From Thermodesulfobacteriaceae bacterium (GTDB lineage Bacteria > Desulfobacterota > Dissulfuribacteria > Dissulfuribacterales > UBA3076): a DNA stretch of 36,858 nt. The position numbers were made by a program, and so were the translations under genes. Location: contig DTYO01000237.1 in the NCBI GenBank assembly GCA_012961845.1, forward strand, positions 1 through 36,858, written 5' to 3'. This document shows, one piece after another, positions 1 to 9,397 of the stretch. Position 1 is the first letter of the stretch. Each line of letters opens with the position of its first letter. Under the pieces are notes generated by a model. It searched no databases. It had not been told where the DNA came from and saw only the letters and a program-made list of their open reading frames with translations.

Positions 1-840
1 GATGCCCCGAGGTACGGAGCAGAGAGACGCGGTGCCCCTATCTTCGCCTATGTCCGGGCGGGCCGGTCTTCTGTCAATGAGCGCGGAATAGTGCGCCATC
101 CCGACCTGGTCACAGTTGCTGACGACACCCTTGTTCCCATACCTGCGGCCGGAGTCCTGGAAGGATTGACAGAATCCACCGTCCTCCTGATCTACAGCAG
201 AGAAGATCAGGAAACGTGGAGGCAGAGACTTGGCAGGAGGGTTTGCCGCCTCCTTATCCTGCCTCCGGACATGTTTGAGGGAAGAGGCGGCGGGGCACCG
301 TTTGCCGGGGCCATCTGCGCCGGAGCAGCGGCGCGTCTGACCGGCGAGATATCCGTTCTGGCCCTCAGATCAGCAGTCAGGCAGGAACTCACGGATCATC
401 CCGAAGACATCATAGAATATAACCAGGACAATGCCGTCTCCGCATATGAATACATGGAGCCATATCAGGGATGGGTGACCGAAGGCAGAAAAATCAGTGC
501 AGAGAAATACCGCAGGCCCGACTGGATCGATATACCCTTTGAAGACGCCCTGGTTGCTGCGCCCGTCATAAGGGCTGCGGCCACAAGCGAGAAAATGCCT
601 ACAGGCCTGTGGCGCACTATGCGTCCTGAGATCGATTACAGTCGCTGCAGGCGCTGCTGGTGGATCTGCGGAACCCTGTGTCCGGACAGCGCAATCGATG
701 CCGACGAACAGGACCGGCCGGCAATAGACTACAAGCACTGCAAGGGCTGCATGATCTGCGCTGCGGCCTGTCCTTCCCACGCAATAGAGATAACATCCGA
801 AAAAGAGACCCTGCCCAGGGAAAAGGGAGGTGACAGATAG
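1..840 (+). CDS. 2-oxoacid:ferredoxin oxidoreductase, fused gamma subunit and delta (2x[4Fe-4S] ferredoxin) subunit; 5' end lies outside the window
   Basis: Frame 1 is open from nt 1 (DAPRYGAERRGAPIFAYVRAG..., typical of the OFOR gamma subunit). The C-terminal part carries two Cys clusters, CRRCWWICGTLCP and CKGCMICAAACP (PorD-like). The stop is at 838-840, directly before the alpha-subunit start. Confidence 0.8.
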   Translation, partial: DAPRYGAERRGAPIFAYVRAGRSSVNERGIVRHPDLVTVADDTLVPIPAAGVLEGLTESTVLLIYSREDQETWRQRLGRRVCRLLILPPDMFEGRGGGAPFAGAICAGAAARLTGEISVLALRSAVRQELTDHPEDIIEYNQDNAVSAYEYMEPYQGWVTEGRKISAEKYRRPDWIDIPFEDALVAAPVIRAAATSEKMPTGLWRTMRPEIDYSRCRRCWWICGTLCPDSAIDADEQDRPAIDYKHCKGCMICAAACPSHAIEITSEKETLPREKGGDR

Positions 841-841
841 G

Positions 842-2086
842 ATGCACAAGCTGCTTACCGGAAACAGGGCTGCGGCCTGGGGAGCACGTCTCAGCGGCGT
901 AGAATACATTCCGGCCTTTCCCATCACGCCCCAGACTGAGATCATAGAAACTCTGGCCGCATGGATCGAGGCCGGTGAGATGCAAGGACGATTCGTACAG
1001 CTTGAATCGGAGCACTCCATGGTCACTGCCGCAGGTGCGGGTGCAGCAACCGGCGTGAGGGTGTTCACCGCCACATCCAGCCAGGGGCTGCTCTATGCAA
1101 TGGAGATGATCTACTCCGTTGCAGGCTGGCGGGTGCCCTTCGTATTGGTCAATGTCTCCAGAGGTCTGTCCGCCCCCATAACCCTTGAACCTGACCACAA
1201 CGATGTGATGGCCGCACGGGATACCGGCTTTCTCCAGCTCCACTGCTCCACATGCCAGGAAGTGCTGGACTCGGTAATCATGGCATACAGGCTCTCGGAA
1301 GACATGCGTATCAGGCTTCCGGTCATCGTGAATCTTGACGGTTTCTACCTTTCATTCACAAGAGAACCCGTGGCAGTGCCGGAACCCGAACAGATCCGAC
1401 GCTTTCTGCCGGAATTCGATCCGGGAGAAATCTATTTCCGGGCCTCCATGCCGGAAAGCCAGGCTGTGGCAGTGCTTGGAGGCAGCACCTATTCCTATTT
1501 CCGGTATGAAACCCACTTAGCCGCCACCAACGGCATCGCTGTCTATGACGAGATTTCAAGGGAATTTGCCAGAGAGACAGGCAGGGCATACCATGTTGTA
1601 GAGGAATATAGATGCGCTGATGCTGAATACCTGTTTGTCATGCTTGGCTCGTTTGCCACCAAAGCAATAGAAGCGGTAGACCGCCTGCGCGATGCGGGAA
1701 AGGCTGCAGGCCTTCTCAGACCCAGGCTGTTCAGGCCCTTTCCTGTCGAAGCCCTTCGAAGGGCATGTGCTGGGAAAAAGGGACTTGCCGTGATAGACCA
1801 GAACCTCTCCATGGGCAGGGGGGGAATACTCCATACGGAACTCACCTCAGTCCTGTACGGAGAACCGGACATGCCTCCGGTTGCAGCAAGCTTCATAGGA
1901 GGCCTGGGAGGACGCGACATCAGCCTGGAAGAAATGTTCGAGATCATGGACGTTGTGATACAGGCTGCGGAACAGGGCAGGAGGCTCGAGCCGAGGCTCC
2001 TCTATACGGAACGGGAACTAAGGCAGATAAAGAGCCTCCAGGCCGTGGCCAGAGCCGAAAGGCATACTCTTGGAGAAGGAAAATGA
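842..2086 (+). CDS. 2-oxoacid:ferredoxin oxidoreductase alpha subunit (POR/VOR/KOR family)
   Basis: The N-terminus is LLTGNRAAAWGARLSGVEYIPAFPITPQTEI followed by LESEHSMVTAAGAGAATGVRVFTATSSQGL, both typical of PorA-type alpha subunits. ATG 842 follows a GGAGG at 825-829. The listed ORF start at 830 overlaps the upstream stop. Confidence 0.85.
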   Translation: MHKLLTGNRAAAWGARLSGVEYIPAFPITPQTEIIETLAAWIEAGEMQGRFVQLESEHSMVTAAGAGAATGVRVFTATSSQGLLYAMEMIYSVAGWRVPFVLVNVSRGLSAPITLEPDHNDVMAARDTGFLQLHCSTCQEVLDSVIMAYRLSEDMRIRLPVIVNLDGFYLSFTREPVAVPEPEQIRRFLPEFDPGEIYFRASMPESQAVAVLGGSTYSYFRYETHLAATNGIAVYDEISREFARETGRAYHVVEEYRCADAEYLFVMLGSFATKAIEAVDRLRDAGKAAGLLRPRLFRPFPVEALRRACAGKKGLAVIDQNLSMGRGGILHTELTSVLYGEPDMPPVAASFIGGLGGRDISLEEMFEIMDVVIQAAEQGRRLEPRLLYTERELRQIKSLQAVARAERHTLGEGK

Positions 2087-2997
2087 CAAGACGGCATCCG
2101 GAACTTCCTTCCACGCACCTCATGGGAACGGGCACACCCATGTGCGCAGGCTGCGGCGGGCTCGAGGCCATCCATGAAATCTATGACATCCTGGGCAGCA
2201 ATACGGTCTTCGTAAATGCAGCCGGATGCATGACGCTTCTTTCCGTCTATCCGTTCACACCCTTTCGCGGATCATGGCTCTATACCGCCATGGCATGCGC
2301 CCCTGCCGGGGCACAGGGCATACGAGACGCCCTAGACGTACTGCTTGAAAAAGAAAGGATCCAGCCCGATGAAGACCTGCAGGTGGTAGTTCTGACCGGA
2401 GACGGCTCAGCCTACGGCATGGGGCTTTCAGCCACTTCCTGCGCCATCGGCAGAAACCTCGACTTCATTTATGTCTGTTATGACAACGAGGGCTATGGCA
2501 ATACCGGCCAGCAGTATTCCCAGGCCACTCCTCATGCCGCCAGGACAGCCACCAGCAGAGGAGTCAGTGGATTCCAGGGCTACAAGAAAGACCTCTTTTC
2601 CATATGGGCCGCACACAGACCGGCCTATATCGCCACAGTGACCGGAGCAGATCCTCTGGACCTGGCCAGGAAGATAAAAAAGGCAAAGGGGCTCAGAGGG
2701 CCAAGGCTGATAATTGCGCTTTCTCCATGCCCTACAGGCTGGAACTATGATCCCAGCCTTACCGTGGAGATAGGCAGGCTTGCCGTCAAAACCGGGATCT
2801 GGCCCCTCAAGGAATATATGGACGGGAAGGTGGTCCATACCAGGATGCCGGGACGACGTCCCGCCGTAGAAGAATATCTCAGGCTCCAGGGCCGGTTCGA
2901 CCACCTGTTCAGGCCGGAGAGGAATGAAAAAATACTCGCTGAAATACAGGCGGGAATAGATGCATACTGGGAAGAGGTTCAGGACAGGAGCACCTGA
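2083..2997 (+). CDS. 2-oxoacid:ferredoxin oxidoreductase beta subunit (TPP and Fe-S binding)
   Basis: The sequence shows MCAGCGG, then a GDGSAYGMGL TPP-binding-type motif, then CYDNEGYGNTGQQ. ATG 2083 overlaps the alpha-subunit stop as ATGA. The part of ORF 1765-2997 upstream of 2083 overlaps the alpha-subunit gene and is not coding. Confidence 0.85.
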   Translation: MTRRHPELPSTHLMGTGTPMCAGCGGLEAIHEIYDILGSNTVFVNAAGCMTLLSVYPFTPFRGSWLYTAMACAPAGAQGIRDALDVLLEKERIQPDEDLQVVVLTGDGSAYGMGLSATSCAIGRNLDFIYVCYDNEGYGNTGQQYSQATPHAARTATSRGVSGFQGYKKDLFSIWAAHRPAYIATVTGADPLDLARKIKKAKGLRGPRLIIALSPCPTGWNYDPSLTVEIGRLAVKTGIWPLKEYMDGKVVHTRMPGRRPAVEEYLRLQGRFDHLFRPERNEKILAEIQAGIDAYWEEVQDRST

Positions 2998-2998
2998 C

Positions 2999-4717
2999 AT
3001 GAAGACAAAACCTGTTAAGAGCTACTACCACAGAGGCGGAACCGAGCCGCTCCTTGGAGCGACCATACCTGAGTATTTCGATCGGATCGTGGAAAGTCAT
3101 CCGGACCGGGATGCAGTAGTCTCCATACCCCAGGCAAACAGGCGGCTTTCATATTCCGAACTGGCCCAGGCGGTGAGATTCACTGCACGAGGTCTCCTGG
3201 GCATGGGTTTCAAAAAGGGTGACCGCATAGGTATATGGTCAACCAACAACCTGGAATGGCTGCTGCTGCAGATGGCTACCGCATACATGGGGGCCATACT
3301 GGTCAACATCAATCCCGCCTACCGGCTATTGGAACTGGCCTATGCCCTGAAGCGGTCTGAAGTCCAGGGACTATTCCTCATCCCGACCTTCAGGACCAAC
3401 AACTACCTGGAAATGGTGACAGAACTGGTGCCCGAAGTGCGTGACAAGCCGTGGGAGGCTCTCTCCAGCAGAGAATTTCCTTTCCTGAAACGCATTGCAG
3501 TTTACAACCCGGCAGCCCCGGCCCAGACCTCCAGGCCGTATCCGGGCTTCGGTGTCTGGCAGGATCTCATGGAGGCTGCAGACCGGGTCTCCTTGGATGC
3601 TCTCTATAAGATCTGCGCCTCCCTGGACATGGATGATCCCGTCAATATCCAATATACATCGGGCACAACCGGTTTTCCAAAGGCAGTCCTCCTCACCCAT
3701 CACAATCTCCTCAACAATGCCTGCTTCTCTGCACGTGCCATGCATTTCACCGAAGAGGACCGCCTCTGCATACCAGTGCCGTTCTATCACTGCTTCGGCA
3801 TGGTGCTCGCAAACCTGCTGTGCCTCTCCACGGGGGCATGCATGGTCATAGCCTGCGAACATTTCGATCCCCTCCAGGTATTGGAGGCCGTGGAACAGGA
3901 AGGTTGCACCGCGATCCATGGAGTCCCCACAATGTTTATCGCAGAACTTGAGCTTCCCGGTTTCAGCCGGTTCGATCTGACCACCCTCAGGACCGGCATC
4001 ATGGCAGGGGCTCCATGTCCGCCTGAACTCACGAAGCAGGTCATGGAAAAAATGCACTGCAGGGAGATCCTCATCGGTTACGGAGAAACTGAAGCATCCC
4101 CGCTGACCCATCTGACTGAACCAGACGACAGCCTGGACAGGCGGATCAATACCGTGGGCAGAAATCTTCCCCACCAGGAGGTGAAGATTGTAGACACTGT
4201 TTCCGGCCGGACGCTTCCCCTGGGAGAAACAGGGGAGATATGCTTCAGGGGATACCACATAATGAAAGGGTATTACAATGACCCCGAAGCCACTTCAAAA
4301 GCAGTGGATGAAAACGGCTGGCTGTTCTCGGGCGACCTCGGCTCGATGGACGAAAACGGATATGTCAGGATCACAGGAAGACTTAAGGAAATGATCATAC
4401 GGGGAGGAGAAAACATCTATCCCAGAGAGATAGAGGACTTCATCTTCACCCACCCCAAGGTGGCAGAATGCGCCGTGTTCGGAATCCCCGACGAATATTA
4501 CGGGGAAGAAGTCATGGCCTGGATAAAACTTCGCGAAGGGGAGAAGGCCACTGCAGAAGAGATCCGGGGATACTGCAGAGGGCGTATTGCACACTTTAAA
4601 ATACCAAAACACATCTGGTTCGTGGACGAATTCCCCATGACAGTAACCGGCAAACTGCAGAAGTTCAGGATGCGGGAGATGGCCATCGAAAAAATGGAGG
4701 AGCAGAACGGGGCCTGA
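2999..4717 (+). CDS. AMP-dependent acyl-CoA synthetase/ligase (ANL superfamily, fatty-acid/ACSF2-like)
   Basis: AMP-binding motifs are present: IQYTSGTTGFPKAVLLTH, GYGETE, GDLG...DENGYVRITGRLKEMIIRGGENIYPREIE and a C-terminal VTGKLQKF. ATG 2999 lies 2 nt after the beta-subunit stop and is preceded by AGGACAGGAG. Confidence 0.85.
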   Translation: MKTKPVKSYYHRGGTEPLLGATIPEYFDRIVESHPDRDAVVSIPQANRRLSYSELAQAVRFTARGLLGMGFKKGDRIGIWSTNNLEWLLLQMATAYMGAILVNINPAYRLLELAYALKRSEVQGLFLIPTFRTNNYLEMVTELVPEVRDKPWEALSSREFPFLKRIAVYNPAAPAQTSRPYPGFGVWQDLMEAADRVSLDALYKICASLDMDDPVNIQYTSGTTGFPKAVLLTHHNLLNNACFSARAMHFTEEDRLCIPVPFYHCFGMVLANLLCLSTGACMVIACEHFDPLQVLEAVEQEGCTAIHGVPTMFIAELELPGFSRFDLTTLRTGIMAGAPCPPELTKQVMEKMHCREILIGYGETEASPLTHLTEPDDSLDRRINTVGRNLPHQEVKIVDTVSGRTLPLGETGEICFRGYHIMKGYYNDPEATSKAVDENGWLFSGDLGSMDENGYVRITGRLKEMIIRGGENIYPREIEDFIFTHPKVAECAVFGIPDEYYGEEVMAWIKLREGEKATAEEIRGYCRGRIAHFKIPKHIWFVDEFPMTVTGKLQKFRMREMAIEKMEEQNGA

Positions 4718-4762
4718 AATACCGGAGTACGTCTGCCCCCTCCACCATGCATCTTCAGCAGA

Positions 4763-6337
4763 CTAGCGGGCTGCATGATCCTGGTTCAAGACTCCGGATG
4801 CAAGAGAGGGAAACCTGGACAGATCTGTATGCGGCAGGAACAGGGCGCCAGTAAGCTGATTCATGAAATCTCCCCTGACATTCATCTCCAGATAGGTTAT
4901 CTTGTCACAGATCTCTTCCACCTCTTCCCTGGCCCGGCGCCTTCTCAGGGCTTCTACCGCCCCGTCTCCAGCCGCGTTGCCAAGCCCGCTGAACCGCTCC
5001 ATGGGAACATCGGGGAGCATGCCGATGGTGACGGCCTTCTCCGGATCGATAAAGTTGCCGAATGCGCCCGCCACATAGAACGTATCTATGTCCTGGAATC
5101 CTATTCCCACGCTCTGGATCACCACATTAAGTATGGTGTACATGGCGCCCTTTGATCTCACCAGGTTTTTGATATCCCCCTGGCTGATATATATAGGCTT
5201 CCCGTGAGCCGTCTCCTCTTCAGATGCTACGATATACATCCACTGCCCGGCGGTCTCCCTCATCCTTTTTCTGTCTCTGTCTACCACCAGCTTGCCCGTT
5301 GGATCCACCAGACCTGCCACAAACATTGCAGCCAGCAGATCTATGATGCCCGAACCGCAGAGCCCTGCAGGAGGCCCGCCGTCTATGGTACTGTACCGAA
5401 CCTCCAGGCTGTCCCGGTCGATTTCAATCCTTTCTATGGCCCCGGGCTGGGCCATCATGCCGCACGACAGGATGCCTCCCTCGAGAGCAGGCCCTGCAGC
5501 CCCTGCGCAGGCGACCAGCCAGTCCCGGTTGCCCAGCACCACCTCTGCATTGGTACCGACATCCACCAGCATGGAGATCTCTTCCCGGAGGTGCATTCCC
5601 GAGACAAGAATACCCGCCAGCAGGTCCCCACCGAAATAACTGCCGACATTTGGAAAACAATACAGCCAGGCCCCTGAATGGACATCTATCCCTATCTCCC
5701 CGGGCCTGATGAGATCGAACCGGTTGGCCACAGGCAGATACGGCTCCCGGCAGATATGCGATGCATCCAGACCAAGCAGGAAGTGGCACATGGTGGTATT
5801 GCCGGCCACTGACACATACCTGATCCAGCCTCGATCCATCCCATTTTCTTCTGAAAGCTCTCCTATGGATGTGTTGAAAAGATCTACGATCTCAGACTGC
5901 AGGATGCGCAGGCCGTCTCCCCTGCCTGCAAACATGATCCTGTCCAGTATGTCTTCGCCATGGGCCCTCTGTGGATTCGGCCTGGAAAAAGATGAAACCA
6001 TCTCACCTGTTGACAGATCAACCAGGTAGAAAACCACTGACGTACTGCCGAGGTCCACCGCCAGTCCTAATATCTTTTCTGTTGCACTGCCGCCGGACAC
6101 ATGGGCTACCTCCCAGCCGCACGGGCCGTCGCAGAGTACGGTCCTCACTCTGTACCCTGCCTGGGGCAGCACATCGGAGAGTCGGGCACAAATCCTGAGA
6201 GGCATGGACGGCCGTTGCCCGAGGATGTCCGTTAGAGCGCTCCTGAGGCGGAGTTCATGGCTGCGGTTATCACCAAGAGACGGAGGGGGAAGAACTACAT
6301 CCTGGATCCTGACCACAGGATCAAAATGCTCTCTCAT
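4763..6337 (-). CDS. ASKHA-fold ATPase of the DUF4445 / RACo (reductive activator of corrinoid protein)-like family, without the N-terminal 2Fe-2S domain
   Basis: Motifs match RACo-type proteins: GLAVDLGSTSVVFYLVDLSTGE, HGEDILDRI, AGNTTMCHFLLGLD, VDVGTNAEVVLG, AGAAGPALEGG, GLCGSGIIDL and AGAFGNFI. No CxxxxCxxC ferredoxin-type cluster is present in the first 90 residues. Confidence 0.65.
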   Translation of the reverse strand: MREHFDPVVRIQDVVLPPPSLGDNRSHELRLRSALTDILGQRPSMPLRICARLSDVLPQAGYRVRTVLCDGPCGWEVAHVSGGSATEKILGLAVDLGSTSVVFYLVDLSTGEMVSSFSRPNPQRAHGEDILDRIMFAGRGDGLRILQSEIVDLFNTSIGELSEENGMDRGWIRYVSVAGNTTMCHFLLGLDASHICREPYLPVANRFDLIRPGEIGIDVHSGAWLYCFPNVGSYFGGDLLAGILVSGMHLREEISMLVDVGTNAEVVLGNRDWLVACAGAAGPALEGGILSCGMMAQPGAIERIEIDRDSLEVRYSTIDGGPPAGLCGSGIIDLLAAMFVAGLVDPTGKLVVDRDRKRMRETAGQWMYIVASEEETAHGKPIYISQGDIKNLVRSKGAMYTILNVVIQSVGIGFQDIDTFYVAGAFGNFIDPEKAVTIGMLPDVPMERFSGLGNAAGDGAVEALRRRRAREEVEEICDKITYLEMNVRGDFMNQLTGALFLPHTDLSRFPSLASGVLNQDHAAR

Positions 6338-6361
6338 TGCACGATCTGCCTTCAGCTCAGC

Positions 6362-6691
6362 TTATTTCTCTTCCTTTTTGTCCTCCGGAACCACGTCAAT
6401 TACAAAAAAACCGGGATCTGGCGGGGGAACCCTGTCAAACTGCCTCCTGTACTCCTGGTTCATCCGATCCATTGTTTTATTGACGCGCCATGCAAGATAC
6501 GCAGCCATACATCCGAAGACCACCAGCGCACCTAAAAAAACAGGCAGGGCCACAAAAAAAGCCCCAATGGCCAGGAGAATAAGGCCGATTATGGTGATTG
6601 GCGAGATCTGGCCGCTTCTGTAATACATTTTCATGATGTTTTTGATTCCTGCAGGTAATAAGGTTTTATTCAGACCATCATCCCAATTCAT
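6362..6691 (-). CDS. Small hypothetical membrane protein with two predicted transmembrane helices
   Basis: Hydrophobic stretches ISPITIIGLILLAIGAFFVALPVFLGALVVFGCMAAYLAW are followed by a charged tail. The gene is co-oriented with its neighbours and ends 24 nt upstream of the DUF4445 gene. The start is uncertain; internal ATGs at MKMYY are possible. Confidence 0.45.
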   Translation of the reverse strand: MNWDDGLNKTLLPAGIKNIMKMYYRSGQISPITIIGLILLAIGAFFVALPVFLGALVVFGCMAAYLAWRVNKTMDRMNQEYRRQFDRVPPPDPGFFVIDVVPEDKKEEK

Positions 6692-6773
6692 TCCAGGATC
6701 ATGTATGCAAGGGGACTATCCCCTGCTATACAGTAAGCATATAAATATCGGTTGCCACTGTTCCCTGAAAAAA

Positions 6774-7142
6774 TCAGCCTGACCCGAGCTCCCTGTCGAT
6801 CAGCTCAGGATCCCCGGTATTGTAATAGAGTACGTTTTTGAGATGAAAAAACGAATCCGCATCCATCTCATCAAATTTCATGGCCATGCCCCGGATGTCT
6901 GATCGCACCACCCTGCCCCTGATGTTAAGAACAAGCCGGGAAGTGGTGCCCGTGAGATGCAGTTCTATATCACACGGCGTCCCATCCGGATATTTGATAT
7001 CAGTGAAGCAGTAAAGCCCTCTGAGACTGAGATCCTTCGTCTTTTCCGTAATGATTGGGATGACCTGCCCCTCCGCCCTTATACAAGCGCCAGTCGTGAA
7101 AGGCACCCGGACATTGTCGCGCCTGTCAGCATATACAGACAT
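6774..7142 (-). CDS. Stand-alone PilZ domain protein (putative c-di-GMP receptor)
   Basis: The sequence has an RRDNVR (RxxxR) motif and a DLSLRG (D/NxSxxG) motif at PilZ-like spacing. A GAGGAGG RBS lies 7 nt upstream of ATG 7142, within the 12-nt gap after the argG stop. Confidence 0.7.
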   Translation of the reverse strand: MSVYADRRDNVRVPFTTGACIRAEGQVIPIITEKTKDLSLRGLYCFTDIKYPDGTPCDIELHLTGTTSRLVLNIRGRVVRSDIRGMAMKFDEMDADSFFHLKNVLYYNTGDPELIDRELGSG

Positions 7143-7154
7143 GAGACGGCCTCC

Positions 7155-8387
7155 TCACATACCCTGAACCATGGACCTGATACGGAGTCTGAGGCCCTGA
7201 AGCCTTATAAATCCCTCCGCATCTTCCTGACTGTATACTTCGTCTTCCTCAAATGTGGCGAATTCAGGTCTGTACAGAGACCGGTCCGCCTTCCTACCGA
7301 CCACCTGACATGTGCCCTTATATATTTTCACCCTGACCGTTCCGTTTACCGCCGTCTGGGATTCATCCATCAATTTCTGCATCAGCTCACGCTCTGGCGC
7401 GAACCAGAAGCCGTTATATATAAGTTCTGAGTATCTAGGCACAAGGCTGTCCCTTAAATGGACGACCTCCCTGTCCAGGGTGATGGACTCCAGGGCCATG
7501 TGTGCTCTGCGGAGAATGGTGCCGCCCGGAGTTTCATAAACTCCCCGAGACTTCATGCCCACGAACCTGTTCTCCACTATGTCCTCCCGGCCCACCCCGT
7601 TTTCGGCGCCCGCCCTGTTGAGCCTTTCCAGCATTCCGACAGGCGAAAGAGGCTCTCCATCCAAGGCAACTGGATCTCCCTGTTCAAAATCTATATCCAG
7701 ATAGGTCGGCCTGTCAGGCGCCTTTTCCGGGCTTACGGTCCACTGGAACATGTCTTCAGGCGGTTCTGCCCAGGGGTCTTCGAGAATCCCTCCTTCATAA
7801 CTTATATGAAGAAGATTGGCATCCATGCTGTAGGGCTTTGACTTGGTCACAGGCACTGGGATGCCGTGGGTCCTGGCAAAATCTATCAGTTTCTGCCTGG
7901 AATCAAGATCCCAATGCCTCCACGGGGCGATAATCCTGAGAGCCGGGTCCAGGGCCATGTAGGAAAGCTCGAAACGCACCTGGTCGTTTCCCTTGCCCGT
8001 TGCACCATGGCTGACTGCATCTGCTCCGGTCTCCTGTGCAATTCTGACCTGTTCCCTGGCAATCAGGGGCCTGGCAATGGATGTTCCAAGGAGATAGGTC
8101 CCTTCATAGATGGCGTTCGCCCTGAACATGGGAAACACGAAATCCCGAACGAACTCTTCTCTGAGATCGCTGACGATCACCTCGGAAGCGCCTGTATCCG
8201 CCGCTTTCTGCCTGACCGCATCCCAGTCCTCCTCCTGGCCCACATCGGCAGCATAGGCCACCACCGGACAGCCGTATATCTCCTGGAGCCATTTCAGGAT
8301 TACAGAGGTGTCAAGACCACCTGAATAGGCAAGCACTATCTTGTTTACGTCAGCCGGTCCCCTGCCCGATTGTTTCTCACTGTTCAT
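7155..8387 (-). CDS. argG: Argininosuccinate synthase
   Basis: The [15 protein letters not shown]-type ATP pyrophosphatase motif is present, and the full length is ArgG-like ([15 protein letters not shown]). ATG 8387 is preceded by a GGAGG. The listed ORF start at 8420 overlaps argF more extensively. Confidence 0.95.
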   Translation of the reverse strand: MNSEKQSGRGPADVNKIVLAYSGGLDTSVILKWLQEIYGCPVVAYAADVGQEEDWDAVRQKAADTGASEVIVSDLREEFVRDFVFPMFRANAIYEGTYLLGTSIARPLIAREQVRIAQETGADAVSHGATGKGNDQVRFELSYMALDPALRIIAPWRHWDLDSRQKLIDFARTHGIPVPVTKSKPYSMDANLLHISYEGGILEDPWAEPPEDMFQWTVSPEKAPDRPTYLDIDFEQGDPVALDGEPLSPVGMLERLNRAGAENGVGREDIVENRFVGMKSRGVYETPGGTILRRAHMALESITLDREVVHLRDSLVPRYSELIYNGFWFAPERELMQKLMDESQTAVNGTVRVKIYKGTCQVVGRKADRSLYRPEFATFEEDEVYSQEDAEGFIRLQGLRLRIRSMVQGM

Positions 8388-9372
8388 CCTGCCTCCGCTC
8401 TTCCGCTGATACACCGTCAAGTCTCATGGCCCATTCAAGCACGGCCCTGTGTATATGCATCTTATTTTCCGCCTGGTCCCATACCACTGAACGGGGACCT
8501 TCCAGAACGTCTTCTGTAATCTCTTCCCCACGGTGGGCAGGCAGACAGTGCAGCACAATGGCCTCAGCACCGGCGTGACCAAGCATCTCCCGGTTTAACT
8601 GATACGGGGCAAATATCTCCATGCGCCTGCCAGCCTCTTCCTCCTGCCCCATGCTGGCCCAGACGTCCACGTTCACAGCATCCGTATCTTTCAATGCCTC
8701 CTCTGGAGAGCGCACAACGGTGATCTTGCCCCCCGCCTCTTCCCGGGCCCGGGCCAGTATATCGGGATCGGGCTCATACCCCTCCGGACACGCCAGAGAA
8801 AGGTTGAAACCCAGCTTCCCTGCCGCCTCTATCCATGAATGTGCCACATTGTTGCCGTCTCCTACCCAGGCTATCTTGAGGCTGCCCAGGTCCTGCCCCT
8901 TGTGTTCCATAACCGTCATGACATCCGACAGTATTTGACATGGGTGGTGCTGATTCGTAAGACCGTTTATCACTGGAATGTCTGACCACTCAGCAAGTGT
9001 TTCCACCACTTCCTGGCCGAATGTACGGACCACAAGACAGTCGAGATACCTAGAAAGCACCCTGGCCGTATCCTCGAGAGGCTCACCCCGTCTGAGCTGG
9101 AGATCTCTGGACGACATGAACGATACCTGACCTCCGAGCTGAAACATTGCTGACTCGAAAGATATCCTGGTCCTTGTGGACGGTTTTTCGAACAGCAGGC
9201 CGAGAATCTTTCCTATGGCCGGCCTGTAGGGAAAGCCTGATCTGTAATGCTTCTTCAGCTTGACGGCCCTTCGGATGAGATTCCTGATCTCTCCAGGACT
9301 GAGACTCGCAACTGTAAGAAGATGTCTGGCGTTATGTTCTTTTGCTCCCGAGTTGTCTGTTATATGCTTCAT
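8377..9372 (-). CDS. argF: Ornithine carbamoyltransferase
   Basis: Diagnostic motifs [17 protein letters not shown] and [12 protein letters not shown] are all present. Confidence 0.95.
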   Translation of the reverse strand: MKHITDNSGAKEHNARHLLTVASLSPGEIRNLIRRAVKLKKHYRSGFPYRPAIGKILGLLFEKPSTRTRISFESAMFQLGGQVSFMSSRDLQLRRGEPLEDTARVLSRYLDCLVVRTFGQEVVETLAEWSDIPVINGLTNQHHPCQILSDVMTVMEHKGQDLGSLKIAWVGDGNNVAHSWIEAAGKLGFNLSLACPEGYEPDPDILARAREEAGGKITVVRSPEEALKDTDAVNVDVWASMGQEEEAGRRMEIFAPYQLNREMLGHAGAEAIVLHCLPAHRGEEITEDVLEGPRSVVWDQAENKMHIHRAVLEWAMRLDGVSAEERRQDEQ

Positions 9373-9397
9373 TTATCAATCCATATATAGATGTCGA

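Noticed and set aside
370-1243. Long antisense ORFs (370-1074 and 617-1243, minus strand) opposite the oxidoreductase genes. The same applies to 3371-4258, 9776-10300, 12139-12927, 24954-25631, 26348-27355 and 34766-35695, which lie opposite other strongly recognisable genes.
   Set aside because: Each lies entirely antisense to a gene with unmistakable conserved motifs. Their translations are low-complexity (rich in Ser, Pro, Arg and Leu) with no recognisable domain and no RBS. Such ORFs are typical shadow frames in moderately GC-rich DNA.
1765-2082. The N-terminal 106 codons of listed ORF 1765-2997.
   Set aside because: This part overlaps the 3' end of the alpha-subunit gene in another frame. 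The beta-subunit homology begins at MTRRHPELP (ATG 2083), which forms an ATGA overlap with the alpha-subunit stop.
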